Positions 1 through 10,020 of a stretch of DNA of 64,000 bases are shown in pieces. How positions within the stretch are numbered: position 1 is the first letter of the stretch; every line of letters begins with the position of its first letter. The stretch covers positions 1 to 64,000 of the forward strand of contig PRDH01000003.1 in NCBI GenBank assembly GCA_003345545.1, given 5' to 3'. The translations under genes and the position numbers were made by a program. This DNA comes from Candidatus Thorarchaeota archaeon. GTDB lineage: Archaea; Asgardarchaeota; Thorarchaeia; Thorarchaeales; Thorarchaeaceae. The notes beneath the pieces are model-generated. The model did no database searches. It had not been told where the DNA came from and saw nothing but the letters and a program-made list of their open reading frames with translations.

Positions 1-803
1 ACAGCAGAGGGCGACTTGAAGCCGTGATGATGGAGGGTGACCAGGGTATGGTCATTGACCTCTTCAAACCGGACATTCACGAGGGTTTCGGGCTCATCGC
101 CGTGAACCCACGAGAATTCCAGCTCCTTATCAGGAATCATTTTCTTGAAAACCACAGGACCCCTTCCTTCAGCCCACCATGTGTATATTCCAGCGTACTG
201 CCTATCCACAACCGGCCGGTCTGCTCTGATGAAGTGCTTCAGTTTCTCAGGATTCGTCCACACATCAAAGGGCAATGAAGGTGGCGTCTTGCAGATGACA
301 CTGAGCCGGACATCTACAGGGTCGTAACGCGTGATTCTGAGCGGATGATAATCTTCGTAGTTAAATCGCAAAGCAGGAGTGCCCAATTCAGCAGCACTCT
401 TGAAATTGGCTAGGAGCAAGTTCCAGTGTTCAGGTAGATGATAGTTTCTCGCTGAAACTGGTACTGCGCCATGGTTGACCTGAATCATTGTGCCAGGACC
501 TATTGGATTGAACCGGATGACCAGGAGGGTATCCACTCCCATGATTCTCCAGCTGAGAAGGAGAATCTTCTTTTGCTTGACTTCCTTTATCTCCCACTGG
601 TTCGCTATCTCAGGAGTAGTGGGCGCATTCGGTCCAAGAAACCTGATTGCACCTCCAACGCGAATATCGGCACTTATCTCATTCCCCAGCCAGAGGAGCA
701 TCATAATCGGATCAAGGAATGACGCCCAGACTTCGTCTAGAGGTTTGGAGATGCGTATCTGAAGGTGAATCACTGGAAGTATGTCTTCCTTCGGTTCGGC
801 CAT
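1..803 (-). CDS. Tandem SRPBCC/Aha1-like (START-fold) domain protein, 3' end runs off the window
   Basis: Not in ORF track. Manual translation from ATG at 803 (AGGTGG upstream): MAEPKEDILPVIHLQIRISKPLDEVWASFLDPIMMLLWLG...SW...HG...W, then a second unit PFDVWTNPEKLKHF...FSW...VTLHHHGF. Open to the window edge. Confidence 0.75.
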   Translation of the reverse strand, partial: MAEPKEDILPVIHLQIRISKPLDEVWASFLDPIMMLLWLGNEISADIRVGGAIRFLGPNAPTTPEIANQWEIKEVKQKKILLLSWRIMGVDTLLVIRFNPIGPGTMIQVNHGAVPVSARNYHLPEHWNLLLANFKSAAELGTPALRFNYEDYHPLRITRYDPVDVRLSVICKTPPSLPFDVWTNPEKLKHFIRADRPVVDRQYAGIYTWWAEGRGPVVFKKMIPDKELEFSWVHGDEPETLVNVRFEEVNDHTLVTLHHHGFKSPSA

Positions 804-993
804 GGCATCCACCTTGTAGCAATTTGACAAGACGATTCACCCTTATCTCTGTGATGGTAAATAACTATTATCATGAAATCGAAGGTACTTTCGATTCACA
901 TCTTTCTGAGAAGACACCAATGACAAGGGTAATATCCGACCTCCTGTATTCTAGGTAGCGAATAGCTAAGTCTAGGCTCGAGGTGGAGAGGCA

Positions 994-2328
994 TTGAAGA
1001 TACGGGTCTTGGTAGTAGACGATGATGAGGACCTTCTTTTTCTTGCCACCAAGTTCTTTGAGAAAGAAGACCAATCGTTTGAATTAGTTGGGGCCAATAC
1101 TGACCAAGAGGCTCTTCAGAAGCTTGAGGAGGAGGACTTCGATGCGATTGTCTGTGATCATTATCTCGGCCCCAAGAGCATGACGGGTCTTGACCTTCTT
1201 GAATGGGTCAGAGAGGGGAATCCTAGTATCCCTTTCATTATCTTTACTGGGCGAAGCCAAGAGGCTGTTGCCATACGGGCTCTCAATCTTGGTGCAGACT
1301 ACTATCTGAAGAAAGGAACCGATGAAGTGCGCGAGCTCTTCAGCCGAATAGCATCACGAATTAAGTCGGAAGTAGAACAGAGGAGGTCTGGAGCGGCACT
1401 TGAAGCCGCATGCGCGAATCTTGAGAAGCGCGAAGCAGAACGCACGGCTGAACTTGAGGAGATGAATGAGCGGCTCATTCGTGAAATAGACGAGCGCCAA
1501 AAGGCAGAGAACTCACTGCTGATGCAACAGGAACTGGGAAACACTCTTTGTCGTACTAGAAACCTAACAGATGCACTGGATGCGATTCTCAAGAGTGCAG
1601 TGCAGCTTGAAGGTGTTGATAGCGGAGGGATCTATCTACTGGATAATCAGACAGGCAAATTCGGTTATTCATCAAACCATGGTCTTTCTGCCCAGTTCCT
1701 TCACAGGTTCTTTAACGAGAGCAAAAATCCATCGATCGATAAGCCAATCTATTTGTCGAAGGCAGATATTCAATCATCTACTATCGTTGAGGGGAGGGAC
1801 GAGAGTCTGACCGCAGCGGCGATTATTCCAGTGTATTCTGAAGACAAGACGATAGCAATCCTGAACTTGGCGTCGCACACCCACAGCGAGATACCTGAGA
1901 GGGTCAAGAGCGCACTAGAGGCGGTTTCGATTCAGATTGCAGCATACATGGCTAGGTTCAATGCGGAGAACATGATCTCAGAATCAAGAACCGGAGTGGA
2001 AACAGTTACAGAATTGCTCGATGACATGTTTCTAGTTGTAGGCAAGGACTCCGAGGTTCTCCATGCCAACAGCGTATTTCTTGAACGATTTGGATTGTCC
2101 CTGAGTGCCCTGGCAAAGAAGCACTTTCATGATCTTTATGAGAGAAAAAGAACGGAGGAAGTCACATCGAGCCTGCAGCAGGCATTCAATGGCAAGAGCG
2201 TGACCCTGGATATTCCCTTGTGCCTTGATGGCGGGAATGCATTGAGAGCCATCACCAGAATAGCTAAGGCAATGCGCGATAACCAAGAGGTACTCTATGT
2301 AATCGTGCATGAAATCAAGTCCCAATAG
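994..2328 (+). CDS. Response regulator with REC, coiled coil, GAF and PAS domains; no obvious output domain
   Basis: VLVVDDD, DAIVCD, FIIFTG and GADYYLKK receiver motifs; GAF-like segment (GGIYLLD...AAIIPV...ILNLAS); C-terminal PAS (DDMFLVV...HANSVF). Confidence 0.85.
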   Translation: MKIRVLVVDDDEDLLFLATKFFEKEDQSFELVGANTDQEALQKLEEEDFDAIVCDHYLGPKSMTGLDLLEWVREGNPSIPFIIFTGRSQEAVAIRALNLGADYYLKKGTDEVRELFSRIASRIKSEVEQRRSGAALEAACANLEKREAERTAELEEMNERLIREIDERQKAENSLLMQQELGNTLCRTRNLTDALDAILKSAVQLEGVDSGGIYLLDNQTGKFGYSSNHGLSAQFLHRFFNESKNPSIDKPIYLSKADIQSSTIVEGRDESLTAAAIIPVYSEDKTIAILNLASHTHSEIPERVKSALEAVSIQIAAYMARFNAENMISESRTGVETVTELLDDMFLVVGKDSEVLHANSVFLERFGLSLSALAKKHFHDLYERKRTEEVTSSLQQAFNGKSVTLDIPLCLDGGNALRAITRIAKAMRDNQEVLYVIVHEIKSQ

Positions 2329-2414
2329 TCATAAATAGTCAGTTGGAAATGAAAAAGTGAATGCAAGTCTACTCTGGTACGCCACATTATCGAACCCGAG
2401 GTTGTCGAAATAGA

Positions 2415-2897
2415 ATGGGTGAAATTAACGGTCTCGTGAAGGGACCTGTGACGAGGCTCTTCGAAAAGGTTGCTCGATGGATAGGACTCTCATCGAATGC
2501 AGGTCCTGTTCTTGCGGCGCTCTTCCTCGAACAATATGGTACAGCTGAGAAACTCAGCTCAGAAGATGTTTGTCGAATCACCGGCTATTCCAGAGCCAAC
2601 GCAGGCCTCATAATCTCCCAGCTGGAAGCCCTCGGCGTTATCGAGGGAGCAAGAGACTATGACCAAACAGGTCGAGGTAGAAAGCGTGTTCTCTACTCAG
2701 TCAATGGAAGTTTCACAGAAGTTTTCGAGTTAGGAGTCATCAGTATTCAGGATAGACTTGATGGAATGACGAGGGACCTGGATAGCATAGAGAACCTTGA
2801 CTCATCCTTCAAGCCGTCGATAGCTCATTTGCTCAAAGAAGTAAGGACTGCAGTAGAGAACAGGCGAGAAGAGCTGCAAGTGACTGTTTCCAAGTAA
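2415..2897 (+). CDS. GbsR/MarR-family winged-helix transcriptional regulator
   Basis: GLSSNAGPVLAALFL...LSSEDVCRITGYSRANAGLIISQLEALGVI...GRGRKRVLY. Start moved to ATG 2415 after GAGGT. Confidence 0.7.
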   Translation: MGEINGLVKGPVTRLFEKVARWIGLSSNAGPVLAALFLEQYGTAEKLSSEDVCRITGYSRANAGLIISQLEALGVIEGARDYDQTGRGRKRVLYSVNGSFTEVFELGVISIQDRLDGMTRDLDSIENLDSSFKPSIAHLLKEVRTAVENRREELQVTVSK

Positions 2898-3219
2898 TGT
2901 AATCCCTTCGGTCTGCAGCCAGTTACTCATGACTATGACTAGTGGTCTGTCTGATAGAATCGTTTCGACACGCCGGTCGATGCAAGTAGGTCAAAAGCGA
3001 CGCTATCTGTTTCATGCAATTCTTCCCGACTGCCTCACGCTTCTTCACGCAGTTCCAACATCACGGTGGCAGAAGAGAAGTCACTTGCTTGTTTGTCACA
3101 CTCTTACGGTCGCGTTCCTGTAGTTAGCAACGCTTCCACATGTCTGGGGTCTGCAATACATAAGGAGAAAAAGAACCGGGGACAATGTCATTTAGGCTGA
3201 TCAAAAGAGGCTCTAGCTA

Positions 3220-5046
3220 GTGGCTCGCGAACGTCAAGACGGAAGCAGTATGGATTTCGATTCTCTCGAAGAGCTGCTCAGACACCGAGTCCTCCTAGAG
3301 TCTTTGAGTGAAGGCTTCGGAGTTGTTGACGAGAAGAATGCCTTCTCCTATGTTAATAGAAGATTCGGTGAATTGCTGGGTTACTCGACAGGAGAGATGA
3401 TTGGTAGGCCAATATCTGAATTCCTCGATCAACACAATCGCAAGGTTCAGCTTGAACATATCTCCAAGCGTGCGCAAGGGCTGACGTCCAAGTATGAACT
3501 ACAATGGATATCTAAATCGCAACGCATGATTCCGACACTTGTCTCAGGTGTGCCTATCATTGATAAGAAGGGCCATTTCAGAGGGTCATTCGCAGTAATC
3601 ACTGATCTGTCAGGTTATAGAGCCGCAGAGAACAAGTACCGGATGCTGGCTGAGCAGTCACTACAAGGACTCACGATAATTCAGAACGAGAAATACGTGT
3701 ATGTCAATCCGGCGTTTGGCAAAATTGTAGGCTATACACCGGAAGAGATTGTTGCCATGCCATCTGACGTCGCATGGGACTTGATTCATCCCGAAGACAA
3801 AAAACTCCTTCTCAGGATTGCTGAGAATAGAGATTCAGGCAAACCTGTACCGATGCCTTATGTATACCGATTCATCCACAGAGACGGGAGCGTCAGATGG
3901 GTTGAGGCATTCTCAGGGAGCATCGAGTACGAAGGAGCACTAGCATTACAGGTTCTTATTATCGACATAACCGATGTGAAGGAGTTCGAGGAGAATCTCA
4001 AGAGGTCCGAGGCAAAGTACCGGAATTTGGCGGAGCAATCACCTCAGGGTATCACTATCATGGCAGAGAACAGGGTCCTCTACTACAATCCCGCGTTCAA
4101 GGAACTTGTCGGATATGACGATGATGAACTAAGGCGCATGTCTGTAGATGACACATGGAATCTGGTTCATCCCGATGACCGAGAGGACCTCACCAAAAGA
4201 ATGCGAAACAAGATTGCGGGAAGAGGGACTGCTCCAAGATACGAATATCGATACGTGAGGAAGAATGGAGAAACTCGATGGGTAGAGAGCTATTCCAGCC
4301 AGGTCGAATATGATGGACAGCCGGCAATTCAAACCGTGATAGTCGATATTACGGGGAGACGGCAATCAGAGAGGGAGTTAAGATCTGCCAAGGATAGAGC
4401 CCTCCTCTATCTTGATCTCATGGGTCACGACCTGACACAGCAGCTACAAGTGATTCTCAACAGTGCGGCGCTCATGATGAGTGCGACAGATGAGAGTGTC
4501 CAGAATTCATTCTACAAAGTCATCGGAGATGCGATAAAGCGTTGCTCAAGGATTATTCAGGAAGCGAACTCTACAGAGCAGCTCCTTTCAGTGCCGCTCA
4601 TTGAGAGATCCCTGACGCAGGCAGTCACTACATGTATTGAAGCCATGTCCCATGCTGAGAATATCACTTTTGAAACACTCATCATGGGAGGAAACGCCGA
4701 AGTAGTGGCGGATGAGTACCTCGAACTCATGATCTCCAATATTCTGATGAACGCAGTAGAGCACAATGTCAAGGAACGGAAGAAGGTATGGATTCGCCTC
4801 GAGCCATCGGGCCCAGACTATCTCCTCTCCATCAGTGATGACGGACCTGGCATTCCCGATTCTACCAAAGCTGGGCTGTTTGATATGTCACGGAGATTCG
4901 GGGGACTGGGTCTCCACACAGTGAACCATCTTGTTGAGAAATACGGGGGCAGAATAGAACTCCATGACAGAGTTCCAGAAGACTACTCGCACGGGCTAGA
5001 AGTGAGGATATGGCTTCCGAAACTCATTAGGCAGGAAGTTGAGTGA
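3220..5046 (+). CDS. Cytoplasmic sensor histidine kinase with three PAS/PAC domains
   Basis: Three PAS repeats (YVN..F..LLGY, HPED/HPDD, RWVE); H-box LMGHD; N-box NILMNAVEH; G1 DDGPGI; G2 GGLGL. Confidence 0.9.
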   Translation: MARERQDGSSMDFDSLEELLRHRVLLESLSEGFGVVDEKNAFSYVNRRFGELLGYSTGEMIGRPISEFLDQHNRKVQLEHISKRAQGLTSKYELQWISKSQRMIPTLVSGVPIIDKKGHFRGSFAVITDLSGYRAAENKYRMLAEQSLQGLTIIQNEKYVYVNPAFGKIVGYTPEEIVAMPSDVAWDLIHPEDKKLLLRIAENRDSGKPVPMPYVYRFIHRDGSVRWVEAFSGSIEYEGALALQVLIIDITDVKEFEENLKRSEAKYRNLAEQSPQGITIMAENRVLYYNPAFKELVGYDDDELRRMSVDDTWNLVHPDDREDLTKRMRNKIAGRGTAPRYEYRYVRKNGETRWVESYSSQVEYDGQPAIQTVIVDITGRRQSERELRSAKDRALLYLDLMGHDLTQQLQVILNSAALMMSATDESVQNSFYKVIGDAIKRCSRIIQEANSTEQLLSVPLIERSLTQAVTTCIEAMSHAENITFETLIMGGNAEVVADEYLELMISNILMNAVEHNVKERKKVWIRLEPSGPDYLLSISDDGPGIPDSTKAGLFDMSRRFGGLGLHTVNHLVEKYGGRIELHDRVPEDYSHGLEVRIWLPKLIRQEVE

Positions 5047-5133
5047 TTACCCTTTACTGGCATTGCTCACTCCTTCCGGTCAGTATTCTGAAGGGGCGTC
5101 AGAAAGCCAATTGCCATTCAGCAATCATCGCAT

Positions 5134-5988
5134 TCATCCGTTGAGAACTCTGATGTCATCATCACTTCTTGCCCCAAGACCAATTTCCACTGCGCGTTTG
5201 ATCTGAGGGATACTCCAGACGTCCATCTTCAGTTTGTTATCCGCACCGCAGCATTGGATTGTACGAACTCCTTCAACATCTATGGCCACCATATCCCCGC
5301 TGGCCAGTATCAGATTCGGTGTAGAACAAGTGCCTGATGCAGGACCACCAGTGATGAAGCAAGTCCTCGCATCCATTACGATCAATTCGGGTTTAAAATA
5401 CGATGCGATATCCGCAATCTTCGGTTCCAAGTCATGCACGTGCATTCTAATCCGTTCTGAGTGCTTCAGCCAACCGACGAACAGCTTCATGCTCCCTGTG
5501 TATCTCGCCAGGAAATGGGTCTTCAGACAGGGTGCAAGAACCGTCTTCCCACGGTCCAGAAGAGGTCTTCCGATTGAACCGCTCTTCATGTATTTCCCTT
5601 GCGGAAAGTCCACCTTAATCCAATCATGCTCATCAAGGAAAATCAATTCAGCATCGAGTTCTTGGGCAACCTTCGTAAGGCCTATTGATTCAGCTACTCC
5701 GCGTGTCGAGACTCGCATAGTTGAGCTGTCTATGATTTTGAGTTTTCCAGCTCCAGTTTCGAGAATCAGTTGCCCAAGCGCTCTGATGAAGTTGGGATCG
5801 CTTGAAGCAGGATAAGGATCTGCGGTATTCAAATTTGGTTTAATGGTCACAGTGTCATCCCTGTTGATGACCTTCTCAAACCCGCCAATCAGCCTGACAG
5901 CTTCTTCGACAGTGTGCTTCAGGTCACCAGAGAATGGAATCTTGCTTACAAGATACCGGCCATCGGCCATATATGGCGAATTCGTCAT
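5134..5988 (-). CDS. DUF362-domain protein
   Basis: IKPN, LKTH, TGSMK, GGP and D.VAID motifs typical of DUF362. Confidence 0.75.
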   Translation of the reverse strand: MTNSPYMADGRYLVSKIPFSGDLKHTVEEAVRLIGGFEKVINRDDTVTIKPNLNTADPYPASSDPNFIRALGQLILETGAGKLKIIDSSTMRVSTRGVAESIGLTKVAQELDAELIFLDEHDWIKVDFPQGKYMKSGSIGRPLLDRGKTVLAPCLKTHFLARYTGSMKLFVGWLKHSERIRMHVHDLEPKIADIASYFKPELIVMDARTCFITGGPASGTCSTPNLILASGDMVAIDVEGVRTIQCCGADNKLKMDVWSIPQIKRAVEIGLGARSDDDIRVLNG

Positions 5989-6127
5989 GTTTGCTCTTCT
6001 GCCATATAGATCTCAAACATGAAATGCTTTGCTGTAGAGCTCATTACTTCACCAATTCTCCGCAATATCAGTAAGGCTACCTGAAATCAGGATAATAGCG
6101 TACCATGATCATCACAAAGGGTTTCCT

Positions 6128-6841
6128 ATGGCAAGAGAAAGAGGCTACTCGTTTGGACTGCTAATCCCGATTGTTGTCTTGTTTATCGTCATGTTTGGAA
6201 TAGGCGAACGATGGCTACTGGTACCGATTGCTGTCCTGTTGATAATCTTCATCGTGGATGCAATTGAAACCGGCCAAATCAAGAAACGAGAAGAGCAGAC
6301 GGATCATTGGAAAGCTCCGCAACCTGCAACAAGCGTGTCAGGATACGAATCTGGCCAATCCGCCATGGGAGTAAGACCCATCTACGACCAGAAGAAACAG
6401 AAGGAGCAAGGAGTAACTTGCGGAACACTGGTTCCAATCATCATTGTGGGATGGTTGTACTGGGAGTCGCGGTCTTGGGTCTTCCTCATTCCCCTCCTTT
6501 TCCTTGTTATCGGACTACTGGAGAATCTGTCGAAGGGTGTGAGAGGAAAGTCAAGAATCAAAGAGGAAATAGAGAGAGAGAAGGTAGGGACAGTGGCAGA
6601 CCTATCAGACAAGACTGGTTTGTCTGAGGAGAGGATACGGCAACATATAGTGACTGAAAAAAGAAGCGGCTCAACAGACATCTGGTTTGATCCATCATCC
6701 GGTGAAATCACCCATTCGCCAGTTCGTGCAGCGGATGAATCCATCAGGTCGTCAGTTGGCTGTCTGTATTGCGGATTTGCCCTGAAGCCTGAAGATAGGT
6801 TCTGCCCATTCTGTGGGGCACCCATCAAGGCCACCCAGTGA
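6128..6841 (+). CDS. Membrane protein with duplicated TM hairpin, wHTH-like segment and C-terminal zinc ribbon
   Basis: Two similar hydrophobic hairpins; TVADLSDKTGLSEERIRQHI helix-turn-helix; CLYCG...FCPFCGA. Confidence 0.65.
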   Translation: MARERGYSFGLLIPIVVLFIVMFGIGERWLLVPIAVLLIIFIVDAIETGQIKKREEQTDHWKAPQPATSVSGYESGQSAMGVRPIYDQKKQKEQGVTCGTLVPIIIVGWLYWESRSWVFLIPLLFLVIGLLENLSKGVRGKSRIKEEIEREKVGTVADLSDKTGLSEERIRQHIVTEKRSGSTDIWFDPSSGEITHSPVRAADESIRSSVGCLYCGFALKPEDRFCPFCGAPIKATQ

Positions 6842-6927
6842 GCCTTCTGTCTGCCTCTCAAGCGACCCCTTTTGTTGATGGAAGCACAAAAGAACAGATT
6901 AATATTCTCTTTATTATTGTTAATAGT

Positions 6928-7857
6928 ATGTTTCTAGAACTTGAGAAAAGAATAGTTGAAGTGGTCCAGCGAGTTGTTCCTTGTGTGGTAAGCGTATCTA
7001 CAACGCTTCTGGCAAGAACACAGCTCTCTAACATAGTTCCTGTTGAAGGTCAGGGCTCCGGTGTTATCCTAACAGATTCCGGTTTCATTGCAACCAATGC
7101 TCATGTAGTGGAAGGCGCGCGAGACGTTGAAGTGACTCTCTATAATGGGCAGACATTCAAAGCTGTTGTTGTCGGAGAATCCAAGACGCGGGACCTGGCA
7201 ATTCTGAAAATCGAGACAAAAGGACTCGTTCCGATAGAGATGGGAAACTCGAGTTCACTTAAGGTCGGGCAATTCGCCATCGCTGTTGGGAACCCGCTTG
7301 GTCTAGGTTCTTCTGTGACTCTAGGGATGGTCAGTGCAATAGATAGGACGATTCAGGGTGAAGGCTCATTCCTAGAGGGGTTGATTCAGACTTCAGCCCA
7401 GATTAATCCAGGCAATAGTGGCGGCGCCCTAGTAGACTCTACAGGAAAGCTCATCGGAGTTCCGACGGCAATGATTCCATGGAGCCAAGGAATAGGCTTC
7501 GCCATCGGTGTAGATGCCCTCAAGGATGTCTACGACGAGCTCATCGAGACTGGCACTGTAAGAACTCCATGGATGGGCATTGTTGGTGTTTCATTGAACA
7601 AGGGGATAGCATCTCATTATGGACTTGCGGTGGACAAAGGAGCACTGCTACTAGAGGTGCTCAGAGGTCCTTCGCGCGCTGCAGGTCTTCGACCAGGTGA
7701 TGTCATTGTCGCTATCGACGAGGTAGAGGTAAAGAGCATGGAAGACCTCAGAAAGAAAGTCGTGCGAGGAAAGGTCGGACAGAAACTACGAGTGAGATTG
7801 TTCAGAGACCGCGAGATACTGGAAACATATATTCAACTGATATCAGCTCCCCAGTGA
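6928..7857 (+). CDS. htrA: HtrA/DegP-family serine protease with PDZ domain, no signal peptide
   Basis: Catalytic triad motifs TNAHVV, RDLA and INPGNSGG; C-terminal PDZ (GLRPGDVIVAID). Start probably ATG 6928. Confidence 0.9.
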   Translation: MFLELEKRIVEVVQRVVPCVVSVSTTLLARTQLSNIVPVEGQGSGVILTDSGFIATNAHVVEGARDVEVTLYNGQTFKAVVVGESKTRDLAILKIETKGLVPIEMGNSSSLKVGQFAIAVGNPLGLGSSVTLGMVSAIDRTIQGEGSFLEGLIQTSAQINPGNSGGALVDSTGKLIGVPTAMIPWSQGIGFAIGVDALKDVYDELIETGTVRTPWMGIVGVSLNKGIASHYGLAVDKGALLLEVLRGPSRAAGLRPGDVIVAIDEVEVKSMEDLRKKVVRGKVGQKLRVRLFRDREILETYIQLISAPQ

Positions 7858-7858
7858 A

Positions 7859-8764
7859 TCAGAAACCGACCACGACAAGTACAACTCCAAAAAGTGTTGC
7901 AATGATTCCGCCCACTGCGAGTGGCGTCAGTCTCTCTTTGAGGATTAATACTGACACGGGTATTGCGAAGAGAGGTGCTGTTGACGAGATAACAGACATA
8001 ATTGCTGCACCTACTGAAGCGACCGCGGTAACGAAGAAAATCGAGCCTACACCCATTCCGAAGAAACCGGCAATACTCACCCGAACGACCGCCTTTCTTG
8101 TAGGTCTTGTCATCCCTTGATGACGTGCAAACGCAAACAGAGGGATGAATGCAATAGAACCAAAGACGACACGTACAAAATTGCCGCTGATTGGATCAAC
8201 GCCCTCAATACCGACTTGCAGGACGATTATTCCAACTGCGTATAGGGCTGAAGTCGTAATTGCCCCGGCGATTCCCCATAGGTCAAGCCTGTGTGGAATA
8301 TCGTTGTCCTTTCCGTTTCTATTCTGTTCATTCGACAGTAGGATCACGCCGAGGACAGCAACAGCTACTCCAACAAGCCTCGAGAGGATTAGGGGCTCAG
8401 CTAGAAAAACCACGGTGAGGAAATATGTAATGATCGGAAAAGACATGGCAATAGGGAATGCATAGGAAACCCCGATTCGTTGCTGGCTCCAAAGATACAC
8501 CGTATCTCCAATCACTGCTCCCAGTATGGAAGATAACGCCAAAAAGGCAACGGCTGCAAGCGGCAGAAATATGGAATCAACTCCAGGTAGGAGAAATACC
8601 ATGAAAACCATGAGCGGCATCGCGACCCACATCTTGATCGAACTTGCGGCGACCGGTCCAATTTCTCTCGCCTGAGAGCGATAGACAACCACAGACCATC
8701 CGTAGAGGGCTGTTCCTAGAAGTCCTATCATGCTGCCCATGAGAAGCTCCGGGGTGACCTGCAT
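7859..8764 (-). CDS. DMT/EamA-family transporter
   Basis: About 10 TM helices in two repeats; GDTVYL...IGVS.A.PI; LKERL motif. Confidence 0.85.
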   Translation of the reverse strand: MQVTPELLMGSMIGLLGTALYGWSVVVYRSQAREIGPVAASSIKMWVAMPLMVFMVFLLPGVDSIFLPLAAVAFLALSSILGAVIGDTVYLWSQQRIGVSYAFPIAMSFPIITYFLTVVFLAEPLILSRLVGVAVAVLGVILLSNEQNRNGKDNDIPHRLDLWGIAGAITTSALYAVGIIVLQVGIEGVDPISGNFVRVVFGSIAFIPLFAFARHQGMTRPTRKAVVRVSIAGFFGMGVGSIFFVTAVASVGAAIMSVISSTAPLFAIPVSVLILKERLTPLAVGGIIATLFGVVLVVVGF

Positions 8765-8923
8765 GAATGGTCGTGAAAGAGAATCGCCCTAATACTCTAT
8801 TGGAAGGACAGAGGATCAACGAGGACTTCATTCCGCGCGTATGTGGTAAGATTCATATGGAAACTCACAATCCCCGAGCGACAGGTGTTTACACATGCTC
8901 ACGATACCTAAAGGGGAATAGAA

Positions 8924-9018
8924 CCCGAGGACGGACTTTTCTCACTCGGGTCAAATCAGGCCTGAGTGAACATCCTGGGCTTTTCGGACACCGACACTCT
9001 CGCCCACTTGTGGGGAGG
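8924..9018 (+). promoter_or_regulatory. Putative structured 5' leader of the ABC-2 operon
   Basis: 11-bp stem TCACTCGGGTC/GGCCTGAGTGA (8942-8969); small hairpin TCGG-ACA-CCGA; hairpin CTCGCCCA-CTTG-TGGGGAG covering the GGAGG Shine-Dalgarno. Confidence 0.35.
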
Positions 9019-9027
9019 TATTGGAAG

Positions 9028-10020
9028 TTGAATCAAAACCCTGTAGAGATACAAGACCTTTCAAAGACATTCATCAGCGTCAGAAGACGAGCAATAGTTA
9101 TTCCTGTCGAAAAGACGAGAGTAGAGGCACTAAGGTCCATCACAATGGACATTCCGAAAGGTCAAATCCACGGCCTTCTGGGGCCCAACGGAGCTGGGAA
9201 GACAACGCTCATAAAATGCCTTGCGACTCTCGTGCTGCCGAGTTCCGGAACTGCCAGAGTGAACGGGTATGATGTCCTCAAGGAGTCCACATATGCTAGA
9301 GCATCGATGGGTGTATGCCAAGGTAATGAACGCTCAATCTACTGGAAACTGAGTGCGAGAGAGAATTTGATTTTCTTTGCCAAGCTATATCGAATGTCAC
9401 ATGATGAGGCAAAGGAGAGAGCCGACGAACTTCTGGGAAGAATGGGGCTACTTGACAAGGCTGACGAGAAGACTGAGAACTTGTCACATGGCATGCGGAT
9501 GAAGATAGTATTCGCCAGAGCGCTGTTGCATGACCCTCCAATCTTGCTGCTCGACGAACCCACTCAGGGGCTTGATCCCACATTCGCCGCAGACCTTCGC
9601 AAGTTCATCAAGGAGCAACTCAGGGATAGAACCATTCTGCTGACGACACACTACATGCACGAAGCAGACATGCTATCCGACAAGATTGCACTCATAGATG
9701 AGGGCGAACTCAAGAGCTTTGGCACTCCGAAGGAACTCAAAGAAGAAGTCAGGGACTACGATAGTCTGCACATGAAGCTAGTGGGAACGCCCGATATCGA
9801 AACAATCAAAGGCATGGAGATGGTCATGTCGGCATCCTATAGCACCCGAAACGGACACTCAGAGCTCGTCGTGACAGCCCAAGACGGCTATGAACTTGCG
9901 TACCAACTTCTTACGCTCATGCATAAGACACCAGGAGTCAAGGTCGAGCACTTCGAGGTCAAAGAGCCAACACTAGATGACGTATTCATGAAACTGACCG
10001 GCAGGAGGATCGAGGACTGA
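9028..10020 (+). CDS. ABC-2 (DrrA-type) exporter ATP-binding subunit
   Basis: Walker A GPNGAGKTT, LSHGM signature, LLLDEP, TTH, and C-terminal EPTLDDVF. Start probably TTG 9028 after GGAGGT. Confidence 0.9.
   Translation: MNQNPVEIQDLSKTFISVRRRAIVIPVEKTRVEALRSITMDIPKGQIHGLLGPNGAGKTTLIKCLATLVLPSSGTARVNGYDVLKESTYARASMGVCQGNERSIYWKLSARENLIFFAKLYRMSHDEAKERADELLGRMGLLDKADEKTENLSHGMRMKIVFARALLHDPPILLLDEPTQGLDPTFAADLRKFIKEQLRDRTILLTTHYMHEADMLSDKIALIDEGELKSFGTPKELKEEVRDYDSLHMKLVGTPDIETIKGMEMVMSASYSTRNGHSELVVTAQDGYELAYQLLTLMHKTPGVKVEHFEVKEPTLDDVFMKLTGRRIED

Noticed and set aside
24-1074. Short ORFs at the window start listed in the ORF track
   Set aside because: They are shadows of the minus-strand SRPBCC gene (1-803) or overlap the response regulator.
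2898-3219. 320-bp gap possibly holding a small gene or remnant
   Set aside because: Only short frames without recognisable motifs or ribosome-binding sites on either strand.
8940-8975. GGGTCAAATC resembling a tRNA T-loop
   Set aside because: No cloverleaf, acceptor stem or anticodon arm can be built around it.
8767-9027. N-terminal 87 codons of the 417-aa ABC ATPase ORF
   Set aside because: Not protein-like, spans the divergent promoter region, and a GGAGGT SD sits just before TTG 9028.
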